DNA from: Narcine bancroftii
Lineage: Eukaryota
Assembly: GCF_036971445.1 (NCBI RefSeq)
Contig: NC_091469.1
Location: forward strand, 292,826,001 to 292,890,000
Reading direction: 5' to 3'
DNA: 64,000 nucleotides
Below the pieces are notes generated by a model. It saw only the letters and a list, made by a program, of their open reading frames with translations, was not told the origin of the DNA and ran no database searches. Positions 60,679-64,000 of this stretch are shown in pieces. The position numbers were made by a program, and so were the translations under genes. Every line of letters begins with the position of its first letter. The first letter of the stretch is position 1.

Positions 60679-62032
60679 GTGAGTTCTCTCCTATTGTTAG
60701 CGGTGCTGGGTAATACTCATGGTGACTCTTTGCTTGCCTCAAGGCAGACAGAAGTTGAAGACCATCATGTATATTATATTTTCAAGGCATTATTACATGA
60801 CAATAAAAGGAACCTTTGTGTGTTAATAATGGCCAAAAAATCAGGAGGAACTTACTCACTTCATGGCAGTGTCATGGGATCTTTTACCTGAGCAAGAAGA
60901 GAGGACCTCAATTTGCTTTATGTTGCTCATCTATCAGGAATCTAAAGTTTTGAAAGCTCCAGTTATCCTGACTTTCACAGGGAAGGAATTCCAGCTTTTC
61001 CATTGCTGCTCCAATAAAAGCTGCTGATCCTTGCAATGTTGGTTGACGTGAACATTCAGGTTTGGGCCTGCAACTCTGGCTATTTTATCAGTGCTGTTAA
61101 TGCAAGGAGGTATATTGCTTATCAAAGATAAAGATGCATAACCAATGTTTCAGGCTACCTCCAAACATTGGTTATGTATCTTTATCTTTGCTGTATAAAA
61201 GTACGCTGTCTGACCTGCTGCGTTTTTCCAGCATAATTTTTTTACTTCAATCATGGAATTTGCCAATGTTCGTGTTAATATGCTTACTAACTGTAACAAC
61301 TCATCTCATATAGATAAAAGTACAAAAAAAAAATGGATGGAATGACATTAGACAGTTCCTTAAACCACATAAGAAACAAGTTATTGAATTAATCTAGGAT
61401 AACCATGTTAAAACCCCTATTTGCCAGATAAAAATTGATGAAAAGAAAAAAAACCTAAAAACTAAATTTAGTTGACCCCCTCCCTCTAATCAAGGCGACC
61501 TTTGTAAACTAAATTACAAAGACAATAAATGCAAACACATTTAATATATGGTACCCTTTGACCATGTCTTTCTTCGGAATGGCCGTCCTACAACAAACCC
61601 CTCATGTTTTTGAAGGACGGGAGGAAACCAGAGAACTGGGAGGAAACCCACGCAGGCACGGGGAGAATGTGCAAACTCCTTAGAGACAGCAGAGAATTTG
61701 AACCCCGGGTGCTGCCGCTGTAATAACGTTGCGCTAAGTCCTATGTTAACTGTGCCCGTCTGCACTATTGTAAAGCTACGTTTTTTGATGATGGTAACTG
61801 CGAGTATTTACTATCAACATTTTTATTATTTCTTTTTAATTATTTTTCTTTACGATATACCCGTGGACACAGCATGGAAGAATTTTGGAGCAAATGTACA
61901 TGTTAATAAACTCATCATTATAATAATAATCAATAAACAGGATAAGGATTTCAATGACTCATTTTATTCCATGTTATCCCTTTAGATAGTTATTCCTTGT
62001 AATACTCTTCAGTCAAAGTGCTGAGTCTAGAC

Positions 62033-62372
62033 CAGTGGTTCTCAACCTTTCTCTTTCCACTCACACCCCACTTTAAGTAATCCCTCTGCCATCGGTGCTC
62101 TGTGATTAGTAAGGGATTGCTTAAGGTGGGATGTGGGTGGGAAGGGAATAATTGAGAACCACTGCTCTAGACCTAATTGTTACTGAAATATTTTGCTTGA
62201 GAAAAATGGTAATTTCCTTCGGAGTTATGAATTTGTGCACATAACAAGTCAATTAGGTACAATTCAAACTTTTTCTTTCCACCCACATCTCACCTTAAGC
62301 GATCTCTTACTAAGTACAGACCACCAATGGCATTGGGATTACTTAGGGGAAGAGAAAGGCTGAGAACCACCG
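62033..62372. mobile_element. Composite hAT MITE, copy 3 (opposite orientation)
   Basis: Spacer 62165-62263 is the reverse complement of 3782-3893; flanks gtctagac/gtttagag. Confidence 0.85.
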
Positions 62373-62379
62373 GTTTAGA

Positions 62380-63145
62380 GGTTAGGAAGCTCAATGTTAC
62401 AGTTGCGCAAGTTGTTGGTGAGGCTCTGTTCAGACTATTGTGTTCAGCTTTGGTCATCGTGCTGCAGGAAAGGTGTCAAAATGCAGAGGCCGCACAAAAT
62501 ATCTACGAGGATGTTGCCAGGACTCGGGAGTCTGAGCTATAGGGAGAGGTTGAACAGACCGGGGCTTTATTTTTTGGAGTGCAGGAGGATGATGGGTGGT
62601 TGCATAGAATTGTACAAAATCATGAAGGGTGAACCTTGACGCAGAGCCAAACCCAGAACAGAATTTCCCTTGCAGCCACTGCAGCCAGGCATGTCCGTCC
62701 CACATTGGCCTCGTCAGCGAGCCTTCAGCAGGACAGCCCCCTTCCTAAATCTTCATTCCCGAAGCCAAGCCATGAAGATGATGACAAAATTATGAGAGGA
62801 ATAGATTGGGTCAATGCACAGTCTTTTACCCAGAGTAGCTGAACTGATATAGGTTTAGGTTTAAGATGAAGTTGGGTGGGGGTGGGGTGGGGCAGGGGGA
62901 AATTAACAGAAACTTACAGGGTTACTTTTTAACACAGAAGGTGGTGGGTGCGTGGAATGGGCTGCCGGAGGAGGTGGTTGAGGCAGGTACTATTGCAATG
63001 TTTAAGGAACAAAAAATTGGACAGATACCTGGATGGATAGGATGGGTTTGAAGGGAAATGGGCCAGATGTAGGCAGGTGGGACTATTGTGTGTAGGACAT
63101 TTTGGTCAGAATTGGCAAGTTGGGCTGAAGGGTTTGTTTCCTTGC
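62380..63145 (+). mobile_element. CR1 3' end with nested RTE tail
   Basis: LVRLCSDYCVQLWS..LSYRERLNR; FLTQKVVGAWNGLPEEVVEAGTI. Confidence 0.85.
62626..62783 (+). mobile_element. Short RTE 3' fragment from an older related family
   Basis: C2H2-like FPCSHCSQACPSHIGLVS, aaatcttcattcccgaagccaagcca, (gat)n tail; TSD acaaaatcatga/acaaaattatga. Confidence 0.75.
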
Positions 63146-63902
63146 TGCAACCTTGCGTGTTCCTTCCTTCCACTCCTCCTTCTCTCTCTGTGGGATTCTT
63201 AGAAGAACAACCATTTAGCATCAGTTACAGTGTCAGAAACCCCTTAAAAGGCCAGCACCCACAGTCACCACAGCCAATGCACCCCAGAGAAATAAAATGC
63301 CTCCTGAAACGGCACCATTTTTTTTCCCTGAGAGCAGTGAGGTGTGCTTTTAAGTAGCATTTGACGTGGGAATGGATTATTCATTCAACCAGCTGCTGAG
63401 TGGGTTGAAATGGGTGAGGGGTTCAATCCACATTGGAATAGCATCACGTTACCCCCAAGCCTAGTTTAGTTAAGAGGTTCCAGCCTGGCTTGGTCTGAAC
63501 ATTTGGCAGCTAGGATTAATTCCCACCCACCCCTTCCCCCATGAAAATCAGCAAAAACAGTGCAAACAGGGTGGTAGAAGAAATAATAAATCACTCTCTA
63601 GATGTCAGGAAACCTTTGAGAAGAGTATTTCTCACTATACACAGCAGAACACACAATCCTCAAATGGTATGTGCATGTTTAAGCCATATTTATATAAGGC
63701 TGCAAACTGGTATCAGCAAAAAAAGCCAAATTTCTTTCATCCATTTCAGTGCTCAATTCTCCGGGGTCAAAATTAGTTTGAGTCAGAAAAGTTCACGTCT
63801 GTGTTTGTTTTTAGCAGCTGGTGAAACTCCTGTGGTCACACTCACAAATAAAAATGTAATCAGGAATAAATGAGGATATGATTTGTAAGTTTTTGCATTA
63901 GC

Positions 63903-64000
63903 AGAGACTTCTTATAGGTAGACACCTTCATTAAAGAGTCTTCTTATAGGTAGACACCTTCATTAAAGAGTCTTCTTATAGGTAGACACCTTCATTAAAG
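63903..64000 (+). repeat. 32-bp tandem repeat (gagtcttcttataggtagacaccttcattaaa), 3 copies running off the window
   Basis: cttatagg recurs at 63911, 63943 and 63975. Confidence 0.95.

Overview
Repeat-dense vertebrate genomic DNA with no recognisable host protein-coding gene, so it is probably intergenic or a large intron. The repeat inventory points to a cartilaginous fish, probably a ray (inference): V-domain tRNA-derived SINEs of HE1 type, CR1/HER1-like and Rex1/Babar LINE fragments, Penelope-like remnants, L1/Tx1 fragments, solo LTRs, and hAT-Charlie and Tigger-like MITEs. The only near-intact coding sequence is a young RTE-clade LINE: one near-full-length copy with stops and a frameshift (13369-17130) and one 5'-inverted copy (39976-41748). 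Most notable observations: (1) twin-priming-type 5' inversions in two non-L1 clades, RTE (clear) and Rex1 (older); (2) a composite hAT MITE made of two inverted monomers plus a captured spacer, present at three loci; (3) two short locally templated insertions with junction microhomology, copied from unique DNA 2.6 and 5.3 kb away; (4) two RTE-type insertions at nearly the same position of one SINE family; (5) degenerate Penelope hammerhead motifs in palindromic short elements, one of which seeded a minisatellite. Three N gaps are present. All family names come from motif recognition by eye, and boundaries of old fragments are approximate.
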